NCBI RefSeq assembly: GCF_006345805.1
Contig: NC_043008.1
Coordinates: forward strand, 33,046,001 to 33,110,000
DNA from: Octopus sinensis
Lineage: Eukaryota
DNA length: 64,000 nt
Direction: 5' to 3'
The translations under genes were made by a program, and so were the position numbers. Below the pieces are notes generated by a model. That model did no database searches, was not told the DNA's origin, and saw nothing but the letters and a program-made list of their open reading frames with translations. Positions 26,830 to 39,609 of the stretch are shown here, piece by piece (within the stretch, counting starts at the first letter, position 1; each line of letters starts with the position of its first letter).

Positions 26830-27380
26830 ACAATAATACCTCACTTTATGAGAAACTCACTTTACAAGACACCAAGATTATGAGTTATATTTTTCATGCA
26901 TAAGATCTAAATTTTGAACAAAGTGCAAAAGTTTCTACTACGATAACAGATGCTTCTGTATGTTACCAAGAAATTTATAGCGAGCGAGAAAATGCTTCAT
27001 CTAAGCAAACAAATCTAGACTTATTTTTTTAAAAAGAAATCTACAAGTCAGTCTACAAGTGCTTGTGAATCAGCAACTACATCTACAAGTGATGGTATGT
27101 ATGAGTCTAGTGCGAGTGAAAGTGATTCAGAAAACGATTATAATAATAGTATCTTTTATCATAGATGATTTGGGCATTCTTATTACTTTATATAAAATAT
27201 TCTGTTGCTTTATTGCCATTTCTTTACGAGTATCATAAATTTTATAGGTAAAATATATTTTTGGAAACAAATTGCAATTTATAACAATGCTACAATGGGA
27301 AATTATTGCCCTGCTTTATGAGTTTTCGCTTTACGAGCAGTCTCCAGGAACAAATCAACTTGCACAATGAGCATTACTGC
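26830..27380 (+). mobile_element. Tigger/pogo-like transposon remnant (transposase C-terminus)
   Basis: 'DLNFEQSAKVSTTITDASVCYQEIYSERENASSKQTNLDLFFKK' resembles the pogo/Tigger C-terminal 'CYREIY...KQTSLDSFF' motif. Confidence 0.55.
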
Positions 27381-27551
27381 ATTCACACCATTTGTCTACA
27401 GCAAAAAATTTTCTCCAAAAGAAAACAGTAAATGGCTTTCTTATGAGTTTGATTAAGCCCCAAGTAAATTGGACCTGGTATTAACCTTGTCTTTAATCAT
27501 AAGTCTCTTCTGTCTCTACTAATCTAGAGCTAAAAAACAATAATAACCAAC

Positions 27552-27702
27552 CTTTGTTTCCAGGCAGATATCGCCATTAGAGGTGTAGACAGCGTGAATC
27601 AAATCATTCCATTCTCCAGAAGACAAACCAAGAATTTTCTGAAGTAATTCACTGTGCCATACAAAGCCATATGCCATACAGCTTCCATCATCAAGCAACA
27701 AC
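27552..27702 (-). CDS. CTC1: CTC1 coding exon (151 nt, phase 2 to 0)
   Basis: Acceptor tttgtatttcag|G, donor AAG|GTTGGT. 'LLLDDGSCMAYGFVWHSELLQKILGLSSGEWNDL' compared with human '[33 protein letters not shown]'. Confidence 0.9.
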
Positions 27703-27785
27703 CTGAAATACAAATGGGAAAGTGAACTATACACACACATATACACACACATATATATACATATATATAAATACACATATATATG

Positions 27786-27825
<40 letters not shown>

Positions 27826-28669
27826 GCATATTGAGTCATCCCATAAATAATGTGGGGGTTTTTTATACTGCCTTTATTTTCAAAATTAAGAAAAACAAAG
27901 TTCATTTTCAATCTAAAATATACTCTCCTTCACCTTCTACAATGCTCTTCCATCTATCTGATAGACTTGCAAGGCCCTTCTTGTAATAATATACATGCAG
28001 CCACATGGGTCACACAGGAGAGCTAGGAAGAAGGGAAGATAATAAAGTAGTGGTGATCCCAAAACGAAAGTGCGTGTGTATAAGACAGTATGTATGTGCG
28101 TATGGAAGAGGGCTGGAGACCTTGACATATGTATGTATGTATGTGTAGGTGTGAAGATGTGAGGCTGGGAAGTGGTCAGTGCTAGTGTGTGCGAAGTGGT
28201 GTGATGTGATGTGTTGTGTGGTATGGTGGTGTATGGTGTAGTGATGTGTGGTGTGGTGTGATGGTGTTGGGAGGTGGGGGAGGCGAGAGTGGGGAAAGCA
28301 AGGGTGGGGTGTGGGTTAGGCTGAGGGTGGGGGTAGAGGTAGGGTATGTGGGTAGGCAGCAGGTGGGGGTAGAGGTTGGGTATGCAGGAGGGGTATAATG
28401 GAAAGGGTGGGATGGGAAGGATAGGGAAGATGCATTTGGAATGTGTAGGGGTGGGGTTGGGTTACAAGGGAGGGGTGACAATGAAGAGAGGAGGAGAAGG
28501 TAGGTAGGTAGGAGTGAAAAGAGAGAATAGGAGTTAAGACAAGTGGGAGTCAGAGCAAGAGAGGAGAGGTGGGTGGGAGGAAGTAGGTGTGAGGGGAGGG
28601 GGTTAGATGAAGTGGGGAGGAGAGTTGAGCCCTTGTGGCGCAAAGGAGCGAAGAGAGAAGATTAATCCC

Positions 28670-29110
28670 TGTTCATAGCGTAAAAAGGAGTCCAAATGGC
28701 AAGGACAATCCAAACACAGACAGGTGTTGAAAAAGTGACCAGTAGAGAGGAAATGGTGCGAGACCAGAGTGTCATTGCCGAGTCGGATGTCTCAAAGGTG
28801 TTCCGCGAACTGGTCAGCCAAGCAGCATTTCATCTACCTGATGTATAGAGAAGGGCAGAGAGAGCAAGAGATGCTGTAGATGACATTGGTAGAAGTGCAG
28901 GTGAAGGAGTCAGTGATGTGATAGGGTCAATGATGGGTGCCGGTGAGGAGGGTGGTGTTGGAGAGGTAAGGGCAGCGTGGGTGGGAGCAGGGGAACGAGC
29001 TGGGTTGGGAGGTTGGGTTAGGGAAGAAGCTATGGACCAAGAGGTCTCGTAGATTATGAGCTTGTTTGAAGGAGGGAAGATATGTGAAGTGGAGGGGTCG
29101 GACTGGAGTC
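28670..29110 (-). mobile_element. Penelope-like element GIY-YIG remnant (decayed)
   Basis: 'QAHNLRDLLVHS...FPCSHPRCPY', then after a frameshift 'SFTCTSTNVIYSISCSLCPSLYI..LADQFAEHL..IR...VSHHF'. Confidence 0.78.
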
Positions 29111-30639
29111 ACTGGAAGGCTCGAAGAATGGTGCCTTGGAGAGGTAGGGTGGTGGGGTGGTGGGTGAGGGGAAACGGGAGGTGGGAGACAGCGGGGCAGG
29201 TTCGGGAAGAGGGCCAGATGCAAAGTCCACAGAACACACTCTGGCAAGGGCAGTGTGAATAGTGGTGAGGGGATATCCATGGAGGATGAAGTGGCAAGGC
29301 ATGAGTTGAGACTGAGTCAATATATATATATGTGTGTGTGTGTATGGGTATAGGATATTACCAACAATAAACAACATAAAATATGAAAACAAATGAGTTA
29401 AATATGCAAACAAGAGAAAATATGGACAAGTAACACAAAGAATGACCCTTCATCAGTTGTTGGCTGTCTATCTACTCCTCACCTCAAGCATTGAATAAAA
29501 ATATGAGTCAATCAAGATATCCTTGGCCTAAAGAGTAGCCCACTTGGATATTTACCACTTCCAAGGTTCTGCTCACTATGAAACATATGTAGCCCGGACT
29601 TTATCTACTCCATTCCTAAATTCTTGTATTCTTATCCTCATACCTGGCAACCTTAGTTGCCTACAAGGAAATATAATAAGAACTTTTTTCAATTGATCAT
29701 ACTTTGATATGAAAAAAATCCACAACGCTCCGTCTCAATAAACCGCTATTGTCCCTGAAAGTTGTTTTTTTATATTTACTACAGTTTGTTTTGAAGCTAA
29801 CTTTCTTCCCATACCTTGATCCTTAGAGCATATATTTATTTGCACATCACTCAGTGGTTAGAGCATCAGGTTCACAATCATGAAGTAGTGAGCCTGATTC
29901 TTGGACCAGGCTGTATGTTGTGTTCTTGAGCAAGACACTTTATTTCATGTTGCTCCAGTTCACTCAGCTGTAGAAATGAGTTGCGATATCACTGATGCCA
30001 AACTGTACTGGGTAACATTGTTGGTGTGGAGATAGGAAGCTTCTATACATGACTGACTGCTGGTCTTCCATAAACAGCCTTGCCTGGACTTGTGCCTCAG
30101 AGGGTAACTTTCTAGATTCAATCCCATGGTCATTCATGACCAAAGGAGATTTTACCTCTTTTCTATATATACTTATATATATATATATACACACACACAC
30201 AAATGTGTGTATAGTAGTACATATATATATATATATATACGCACACACAAATGGAGTACATGTACATGTCTTTGTGCCTGTGTTTGTCCATCACCACCAC
30301 TTGACAACCAGTGTTGGTTTATGTCCCAGTAACCTGGCAGTTCAGCAAAAGAGATTGACAGAATAAGTACCAGATTTTAAAAATAAGTCCTGAAGTCAAT
30401 TTGTTCAACTGAATCTTTCAAGGCAGTGCCCCAGCATGGCCACAGTCCAATGACTGAAACAAGTAAAAGAAAAAGATACTCCTTAATGTAAGATACATTA
30501 TGTCTGAAAGGAATAGAATTAACGTTTTTGGCTGTGATGCCTTTGATCAAATGCTTTCTTGAACCTGCCTAATCTGAGCTAAGCAACAACAGCAACAATT
30601 TTAATTATGAGTTCAAGAAAGAATGCAAAATATACTTAC

Positions 30640-30885
30640 TTTGATCTAACAGTCAACTGATATGCAATATTTTTACAGCTCATATTGGTGCAGAGGTTTT
30701 TGCAACTAATACTGCCACATTCTGTGCATGTAGTCTTGATAGACAAATTCAAAACTTGTGCCACAAAGACCAAATTCCAAAATGGAAGTGAACGTTTGTG
30801 GTTTTTCAGTAAGGCAAAAAATGTACAGTAGTCTTGTGTCGGAGTTGTTTGGTTGCCTTTCATCAAAGCCATTTCATTGAATGAG
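30640..30885 (-). CDS. CTC1: CTC1 coding exon (246 nt, phase 2 to 2) with Zn-ribbon cysteines
   Basis: Acceptor ttcctaaactctag|C, donor AA|GTAAGT. 'VAQVLNLSIKTTCTECGSISCKNLCTNMSC' matches the CTC1 C-terminal OB Zn motif (human 'IVSVFSLQLFWVCAYC...GKC'). Confidence 0.88.
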
Positions 30886-30950
30886 CTAGAGTTTAGGAAG
30901 AAAATGTACAAAAATACAGTATTGGTTAATAACTTTGATTTAATGGACTA

Positions 30951-31114
30951 GGCGTAGGAGTGGCTGTGTGGTAAGTAGCTTGCTTACGAACCACATGGTT
31001 CTGGGTTCAGTCCCACTGCATGGCACCTTTGGCAAGTGTCTTCTACTATAGCCTCTGGCCAACCAAAGCCTTGTGAGTGGATTTGGTAGATGGAAACTGA
31101 AAGAAGCCCGTCGT

Positions 31115-31187
<73 letters not shown>

Positions 31188-31387
31188 TTGTGTGTCTGTG
31201 TTGTCCCCCCAACATCACTTGACAACTGATGCTGGTGTGTTTACATCTCCGAACCTTGGCAGTTCGGCAAAAGAGACTGATAGAATAAGTACTAGGCTTT
31301 CAAAGAATAAGTCCTGGGGTCAATTTGCTCGACTAAAGGTGGTGCTCCAGCATGGTCACAGTCACATGACTGAAACAAGTAAAAGAG
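30951..31387 (+). mobile_element. tRNA-headed SINE family A, near full length
   Basis: A box TGGCTGTGTGG, B box GGGTTCAGTCCC, central (TA)/(GT)n, tail GACTGAAACAAGTAAAAGA. Confidence 0.85.
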
Positions 31388-31902
31388 TTGTGTCAAGAAA
31401 AAGCATTGAGGTGGGTACAGTTGCTACATAAAAAGCACTGGTGTCACATAAAAATCACTGGTGATAGTGCCACATAAAAAGCACTCAGTACACTCTGTGG
31501 ATTGGCATTATGAAGGACATTCAGCTGCAAAAACCAAACCAAAACAGATTATAGAAACTGTTGCGATGCCTGGCCTTACCAGTTCCTATCAAGCTGTCCA
31601 AACCATGCCAGCATTGAAAAATGGATATTAAATGATGTTGACGATGATGATGATGAGCATGGTCTAGTGGTTAGGGTGCAAGATTCCTCAACCGGGTGCT
31701 GCATTGTATTCTTGAGCAACACACTTCACTTCACATTGCTCTGTGACATCTCATTTTGACATCTCATGTGTGGCACACTATGCACCTATTCAGGTGATTT
31801 TAATTTGATGGAGGGAATGAACTAACGTACAGCACAAATATTTGATCACTACAAACATTTATGCAAATTGCTCAGTGGGATACTGCAAATTGCTCAGTGG
31901 TT

Positions 31903-32429
31903 TACTGTAAATCCTCAAGTATAACCCACCCTTGAGTATAATACACAGGGGATTTTTAGGGGGCCGTACCTCTGAAAAACCTAAACCTTGTGTATAATAT
32001 GCACCCCTTCTCTAACTTGAGTTGTGCGTAATTAAGCCAGCAGCACCTAGTTGAACAAACACTTCCGTGCATGCGTAATACAATAATGGTGATGTTCTTA
32101 ACTGTTATATGGGAATGTAAATATGTTTGCAAATTGTTTTTGTTACATGTTATTCTGTGTTCTGAATATTTTTATTTTAATAAATGTTGCTTACTGCAAG
32201 TTATGGATGATTCTTTTATGACTTCATTGCTTTCAGGCTTAGCTTAAGGTATTTTTCATGCCCGACATCACAAAATGTGTTTGAATAAACATTGCCAGAC
32301 AGCAAATAGAGACTTGGACATTGCTTAGAAAATATTTTTCATTTTTAACCTCGTATATAGTACGCACTAGGGATTTTGACCTTTAAATTTGGGGAAAAAA
32401 ATGCAGATTATACTCGAGGATTTACGGTA
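31903..32429. mobile_element. Tc1/mariner-pogo-type MITE
   Basis: 20-bp TIRs CTGTAAATCCTCAAGTATAA / TTATACTCGAGGATTTACGG (2 mismatches), flanked by TA on both sides. Confidence 0.85.
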
Positions 32430-33739
32430 GTCAGATGAAGAAAGCAGTGCCTATAATTCTTTACAAAATCTGTAAGACATGCGATAAGAAGAGATAAAAT
32501 TACCTTGCATTAAATCCTGGCCCAAATTCATGCAACAGAGTGGACTCCATCAAAGATATCCAAAGGCCAGGTGGTGATGTTATAACTGAGAATCCGTATA
32601 AGTTTACTACCCAACAACAGAAATGGCCCCTATAAAGGCTTCAACACAGTATCCATCAGTGCACAGGCATGGTTGTTTGGTTTAAGAACCTTACTTAGCA
32701 ACCACATGGTTTGAAGTTCAGTCCCATTGTACAGCACCTAAGACAAATGTCTTCTACTATAGCCCTGGGCTAACTAATGCTTTGTGAGAGTATTTGCTAG
32801 ATGGAAACTGTATGGTGCCTGGTGTGTGTGCATGTAAGAAAGCACCTTTTGATGTAAGTCAGATGAAGTGCCACTCTGTTTAAAATCACAAATATTACAT
32901 AACATTTCACATGGAATATTGGTGGAAGAGGCGTTGTGCTCGCTTCTGAGCTGATTTACACAAATGAAGATGGAACTTTCAGCAATGTCATAATAAACTA
33001 ATGAATTGTAGAACACACCACCAAATACCATCATCTTCATCACCACTGACTCCACCAACACTTTTATCATCATAGCCACTACCACCACAACCACCATCAT
33101 TATATCTGGCACCTCTGATACTACAACCATTCTAAATATTACTACAATCATCAAAGTAGCAAGCTGGCAGAATCATTTGCACACTGGGCAAAATGGTCAG
33201 CAGCATTTCATCCGTTTTTATATTCTGAGTTGAAATTCTATGAAGGTCAATTTTGCCTTTCATCCTTTTGGTTGGGTTGATAAAATAAGTACCAGCTGAG
33301 CACTGGGGTGTTGGTGTAATTGACTTATCCCCTTGCCTAAAATTGCTGTCCTTGTGCCAAAATTTGAAATCAGTATTACTACAACCATCATCACTCAACA
33401 TCTGACCACTAACATCACCAACACTACCGCCACCATCATCACTTCCAAAAACACCATAGTTACCAACCTTACCAATGAACACCACCACCATCACTACTGG
33501 ATATGCTGCAATTATCAATGTCACCAATTTACATAACCATCAACACCACCAACACCTCCACTATGCCCAACTCTATTAACACAACCCCCTGCCATTATCA
33601 CTACCATCACCAGAAGCACTTTCATCGTCATCAGCAGCACTCTCACCATTGTCACTATCACCTTCACCACCACCACCACCACCACCTTCACCTCTGCAAT
33701 GCCCACCACTAGTAATGCTATCACAACCACCTCAGCGTG

Positions 33740-34072
33740 AAGGCACATGGCTCAGTGGTTAGAGCATTGGGTTCACAATCATGAGGTAGTGAGATTGATT
33801 CCTAGTACAGGCTGTGTGATGAGTTCTTGAGCAAGACACTTTATTTCACGTTGCTCCAGTTCACTCAGCAGCAGAAATGAGTTGCGACATCACTGGTGCC
33901 AAGCTGTATCTACCTTTGCCTTTCCCTTGGATAACATCAGTGGCATGGAGAGGGGAGGCTGGTATGCATGGGCGATTGCTGGTCTTCCATAAACAACCTT
34001 GCCTAGACTTGTGCCTTGGAGGGGAACTTTCTAGGTGCAATCCCATGGTCAGTCATGACTGAAAGGGGTCTT
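33740..34072 (+). mobile_element. tRNA-headed SINE family C
   Basis: TGGCTCAGTGGTTAGAGC head and TTCTTGAGCAAGACACTT...GCTCCAGTTCACTCAGC core. Paralogs at 29850-30152 and about 1822-2085. Confidence 0.8.
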
Positions 34073-34214
34073 TACTCATTTTACCACCTAAGTATAACAC
34101 TTCATCATCATCAGTAACACCCCCATCATCATCATCACTATCACCACCACCAATCATTACAACACTATCATCAACAGCATCATAAACATAAGATAAGCTA
34201 AACACCAAACTTAC

Positions 34215-34470
34215 CATCCTGATGTAGGGTCTGGACCACCAGAAATTCCACCAGCTAACACCCGGACTGTTGATACGGCAACGAACTGACAATAGACATT
34301 GCCTTTCTTAGAAACTTTTCTTTGGAGATGACGGAATTCAACCACAGTACCAGGCAAAAGACCAACACAGTATGGGACATTCTTAAAATTCAAATAAATA
34401 TTAACATCAGAATTTGTCACCGTGTCTTTCACAGTCATCCTGAATTTCTTATTTACAAAACTGGAGAAAT
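34215..34470 (-). CDS. CTC1: CTC1 coding exon (256 nt, phase 1 to 2), best-conserved OB-fold segment
   Basis: Acceptor tttttttag|AT, donor TG|GTAAGT. 'VNIYLNFKNVPYCVGLLPGTVVEFRHLQRKVSKKGNVYCQFVAVSTVRVL' aligns with human CTC1 '[50 protein letters not shown]' as recalled. Confidence 0.92.
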
Positions 34471-34643
34471 CTAAAAAAATTTGGAAAAATTGAGAAAGAT
34501 TTAGGAATTACATGTAGTTATACAGGTTCGTTATAAAGTCCCCAGCAAAATTTTAAATATTAAGTCTTTATATAAATTTTGTTACATGGAAGAAACAATA
34601 GCTGGTTATTATAATCATAAATAATAATGTTATCAAACATAGG

Positions 34644-35050
34644 TGACAGGTGTGGCTCTGTGGTAAGAAGCTTGATTTCTAATCATGTGTCTTGAGTTCA
34701 GTCCCATCGCATGAGACCTTAGGCAAGTGTCATCTACTATAGCCCTGGGCCAACAAAAGCCTTGCAAATGGATTCGGTAGACAGAAACTGAAAGAAGCTC
34801 ATCGAGTGTGTGTGTGTGTATGTGTGTTTGTGTGTGTGTTTGTGTATGTGAGTGCATGTGTGTGAGTGCATGTGCATGTGTGTTTGTGTGTGTGCATTTT
34901 TGTGTTTGTCCCACTTACTGCTTGACAACCAGTTTGGCAAAAGATAACAACAAAATAGATACCAAACCTAAAAGTGAAATAAGAACTGGAGTTCAGCTAA
35001 ACTCTTCAAGGCAGCATAGCTACAGTCTAATGACTAATACAAGTAAAATA
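34644..35050 (+). mobile_element. SINE family A copy (diverged)
   Basis: Head, (GT)n middle and degenerate tail. Confidence 0.7.
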
Positions 35051-35621
35051 TAAAATAGCTATTATCAGGTCTCAAATATGTCCAAGATATTATGTCCACC
35101 ACTTAATGTTATCAGCTGTTCATTGTTATTCAAAAGGGACTGTCCCAATGTAATCAGTGTAGTGGCTTCCACTACATGTGACAAAATTTATCAATAAAGA
35201 TTTACAAGGGAGGGTCATTATGCCAATAACAAACAAACACAGGTCCTATTTCACTTCTTTTATTACACTGTGTAACAATTCTTTTTTTTTTTTTTTTTGA
35301 TCTTTGGTCAGTAAGTGTTATTTCCTCTTTGCTTCTATCTAGAAATCAAAGGAAACTTCAAACTTTGCTTTTGTCACCTGGACATGTTTTGAAACTGACC
35401 TAATTTCCATTACATTTCAGACAATTTCAGTGCTGAGTTGCTTAAACAGAACTATCATTATAGCAAATATTCTGCATAAAAGCACAGATATGCTTGTCAG
35501 TTGCTTGACATTTACCACTGAGGGGGGACGGGAGGGAGGGTAGGAGGAAGGAATGAAGGAAGGAAGGAAGGAAGGATGGATGGATGGATGGATGGATGGA
35601 TGGATGGATAGACAGACAGAC

Positions 35622-35656
<35 letters not shown>

Positions 35657-35911
35657 TATATGAATATATCAAATGTGCATGTGTCTTAATGTTTGTGTTT
35701 GTCCCCACTACTGCTTGACTGGTCTTGGTTTATTAATGTCCACATAACATAGCAGTTCAGCAAAAGAGACCAATGGGATAAGAACCAGGTTTAAAGAAAA
35801 ATAAGTACTGTATTCAATTTATTCAACTAGACCTTTGAAGCTGGTGCCCCAGCATGGCTGCAGTCCAATGACTGAAACAAGTAAAAGGTTAGTAAAAGTT
35901 AAAAGAATTAC

Positions 35912-36057
35912 CAAGCTTTGCATTAAATTCCTTCTGATCACATTCACTATTTTCTGTAGCATCCTCTGAAGAGTTCATTGAGAGTTTGTCATCAGCATTC
36001 AACTCAACGTATGTCAGAATAATAACAGGCAACAAATTCACTATGGTATCAGTGACA
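35912..36057 (-). CDS. CTC1: CTC1 coding exon (146 nt, phase 2 to 1)
   Basis: Acceptor ttcatttttcag|T, donor G|GTAATT. Encodes (S)VTDTIVNLLPVIILTYVELNADD...QKEFNAKL. Confidence 0.8.
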
Positions 36058-36724
36058 CTGAAAAATGAAGGACAAATAAAGAGTAACATGCATTTATTAT
36101 TAACTCATTAGAATTTTCTCTTGACATATTTGCCAATTTAATTAATTAACATTTTCTTTAATTAAGATTTGTTTTTCATTAATTTTATTAATTAATTGAT
36201 AAAAAGCATTAGAAGAAATTGAAAATCTGTTTGGAGCAGGTTTTCACTTAAAAATAAAATTTATATTTAAGTTTATAACAAATTATACATATAAGTATAC
36301 TGTTATATATGTTTGTATACCTATATCTATACATACAACTATAAATAGATGCAGCACGGAATTTTGTCAGTGATGAAAATATTTTGACAAATTAAATTTA
36401 AATGTTGAAGTGAATCTAACGGTTTTTGTGTGTTTCTTAAATGGCTTATAAACACCTTCCACGTTGCAATTGTTTTCGTTCCAGCACATGATCTCAGATC
36501 AAGTCACTTGCTATGCAAGTGCATCTCCGTAACACCTATAAATATATCTATACCTATACATATACACAAACATAAGCTCATACCCATACACACAAACACA
36601 AGTCTGGTGATACAAACAGAAAAATAGTACACAAAACATATAGGTTTCTTAATAATAAACAGAAGTGAGTTGGGCCTTGTCAAACTGGTTGATTTGATAA
36701 GTGCCAATAAATGAAACTCAGACC

Positions 36725-37110
36725 TGTATCCTAGAAAATATGGTAAAATTCTGATGGAATATTTAAATTTAATTATGAATACTTTAAAATGTGAAGTTTT
36801 GTATTACAAAGCAAATGGATTTCTCTGGTGGTTGGTATAAAAAAAAAGTGTAAATAATTAACCATGCTCTAAAACATCCAGTCACCCTTAGGTCAGTATT
36901 AGTTATTCAAAACTAATCACACCTGGTCTTCATCAATTTGTTACCTCTAGTATCAAGATAACCCCACCACTTCTCTCTGATTGCATATGTTGCCTTCTTT
37001 TACTTAGTTTCATGATATTTTAATTTGTGCTAGCTTGACTGTTTTAGCAGTTATCAGCAATATATTAACATTTTAATTAACACAGATGGAACAGGTGCAG
37101 GAATGGTTGT
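36725..37110 (+). repeat. About 385-bp segment duplicated at 61781-62158
   Basis: Near-identical, AT-rich, non-coding direct repeat 25 kb apart. Confidence 0.9.
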
Positions 37111-37139
37111 GCTTCCCTAACACATCAGATAACGTAGCC

Positions 37140-37360
37140 TTAACCTTTTCATAACTGTATTTATTTTGAGATGCTTTGTGTTTCTTTCAATTATTTTAGA
37201 TATAGGAAAGAAATTAGTAAAATAACTTAGTTATCATTAAGTTAGGAACAAATTGTAACTAAGGTTTGGTGGTATATTTTAATGCAAAATTTATGAAAAC
37301 AAAACATTTGTACTACAGAGCCAGAGCCAGTTTTGGCCGGGTTGGTAACGAAAGGGTTAA
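37140..37360. mobile_element. piggyBac-like MITE
   Basis: TTAA-CCTTTTCATAAC ... GGTAACGAAAGGG-TTAA; TTAA duplication on both sides. Confidence 0.7.
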
Positions 37361-37477
37361 TATACTATAATGGAATAGAAGATGGAATGGTATTAGATAG
37401 AACGCTTTTGATTTGACAAGTTTACTGGATCCAGTCTGACCTGTGGCTTTAATAACAGCAATAAACTGCCGACTTAC

Positions 37478-37578
37478 CTACAGCAAAGGAGATCTGACAC
37501 AGTATAGAGACAAGGTGGTTTCACAATAGTGTCATACTTAAGGGATGGTTTCTTTAATAGCTCTGGTAACCAGTTAAG
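37478..37578 (-). CDS. CTC1: CTC1 coding exon (101 nt, phase 0 to 2)
   Basis: Acceptor ttttgatatttcag|, donor AG|GTAAGT. Encodes LNWLPELLKKPSLKYDTIVKPPCLYTVSDLLCC, compared with CTC1 'LPESSLTDLL'. Supplies the phase switch needed between flanking exons. Confidence 0.82.
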
Positions 37579-38799
37579 CTGAAATATCAAAAATAAAAAA
37601 ATACAATACAATAAGGTGCAAGCACAGTTGCGTGGCTAAGAAATTTGTACCACCACCATGTAGTTTCAGGTTCAATTTCACTGCATGGCATCTTGAGTAG
37701 ATATGTTTCCATACAAGATTGGAAGCAAATGACACTGTTTGTATGACAGTGACAATTATTTACAATCATTGTGTGATGTCAAAATGACAAGAGACAAACA
37801 CATAGACACCCACATGCACACAAACACAAACATATACATACATGATGAGCTTCTTTCAGCTTCCATTTCCCAAATGCACTCACAAAGCTTTGGTTGACTC
37901 AAAGCTGTTGTTGACTACACATGCTGTGATACCATGCTGTGGCCTGGCTTTGTGTTGGTTACAATGAGAAGTGTTTCAGTTGAATCAATCAATGGAACAG
38001 CCTTCTCATGAAATTAACAAGCAAGTGGCTGAACACTTCACAGACACACATACCCTTAATGTAGTTCGCAGGCAGATTCAGCATGACACAGAAAGTGAAA
38101 AGGCTGGCCCTTTGAAATACAGGTACAACTCACTTTTGCCAGCTGAGTGGACTTATCAACATAAAATAAAGTCTCTTGCTCAAGAAAACAATGCACTAAC
38201 AGCAACCGATCTCATGAACATGAACCAAATACCCTAACCACTAAGAGGTGTGCCTTTACTTCCACACTGTGGGGCTGAACCAAAGGCTACATTCGTCGTC
38301 GTTGTCGTCGTCATCGTCATCAACAACAACAACAATGTCCGTTGTCCATGCTGGCATGGGTTGGACGGTTTGAACAAGGCTGGTAAGCTGAGGGGCTGCA
38401 CCAAACTCCAGTCTGATTTGACATAGTTTCTACAGCAGGATGCACTTCCTAATGCCAACCACTTCAAGAGTTTTTACATGTCACTGGCACAGGTGCCAGT
38501 TGTGTAACACCAGTATCTGCCATGACTGATTTTGCTTGGCTTGATGAGTCTTCTTTTCAAGTATGGCATATTGCAAAGGTCTTGGTCACATGTCATTGCC
38601 TCCATGAGGCCTAATGCTTGAGAGGTGCTTTTTATGTGCCACCAGTACAGGAGCCAGTTACACAACACTAGCATCAGCCATATTGCCTCCATGAGGCTCA
38701 ATGCTTGAAAAGTTCTTTTTTTACATACCACCAACATGGGTGCCAGTTATATGTCACCAGTATCAGCCATAACTATGATTTCACTTGGTTTGATTATTC

Positions 38800-39135
38800 T
38801 TCTCAAGCACGGCATATCATCAAAGGTCTCAGTCGCAAGTCATTGCCTCTGTGAGGCCAAACATTCAAAGAACATGCTTCATTACCTCATCCCATGTCTT
38901 CCTGTGGACAGTTAGAGGCAATCCTCGTTCTTGTCTATACACATGTCCTCGTCCATACGCTGTCCTCATCCATAGGCATCATATGACTATACCAGTGCAG
39001 TCATCTCTCTTGCACATCACATCTGATGTCTCTTATCCCCAACTTTTCTCTCAAGATGCTTACACTCTGTCATACATGCACACTGACATTACACAACTAG
39101 CAAAGCATACTAACTTCATTTCTTTCAAGCCTATG
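38800..39135 (-). mobile_element. RTE LINE 3' coding fragment (decayed)
   Basis: Homologous to 22750-23050 and 47350-47650 (GGGATGAGGT, ...GCACTGGTATAGTCATATG). Confidence 0.7.
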
Positions 39136-39420
39136 CTTGTGTCCATAGCCATGCCCATGTCCATACCTGTGTCCATAGCCATGCCCATGTCCATAGCCAT
39201 GCCTAATTTTTTTTTATTGGATGTTCTGTCTTCCTGCTGTTGTAACATAGAAGTTGTGGTTCTTCTCCACCCACCCGCTGCCCCGTAAATGCAAAAAATG
39301 TCATTAGCGCTGTCCTTCTTCCTCTGACCAACAAAAAAAAAAATTGGCAGAATGTATTAAAGGAACCAATTCTATCTAAAAAGAAGATAAAAACAGAACA
39401 AAATCAAGACTACAACCAAC

Positions 39421-39609
39421 CTTGGCTTCATAATAAGAGTTCAAGTGTGCAAGAGGAATTTCCTGCACCAATATGTTCTTTGACAAGCAGACATAGCATT
39501 TGTGTACATTTTTATTTAGAACCAGTGGATAGACAGATTGGAACACTGTAGATGGTGTGGACAGAGAAGTGTTTCCATATGAAATCAGCAGATAACAGCT
39601 TCCTTCAGT
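39421..39609 (-). CDS. CTC1: CTC1 coding exon (189 nt, phase 0 to 0)
   Basis: Acceptor ctatctctctttcag|, donor AAG|GTTGGT. 63 open codons TEGSCYLLISYG...VCLSKNILVQEIPLAHLNSYYEAK. Not in the ORF track because it lacks an ATG. Confidence 0.78.

Noticed and set aside
30951-31030. tRNA-like sequences with A and B boxes (many copies)
   Set aside because: They are SINE heads followed by SINE bodies, with no complete cloverleaf; not called as tRNA genes.
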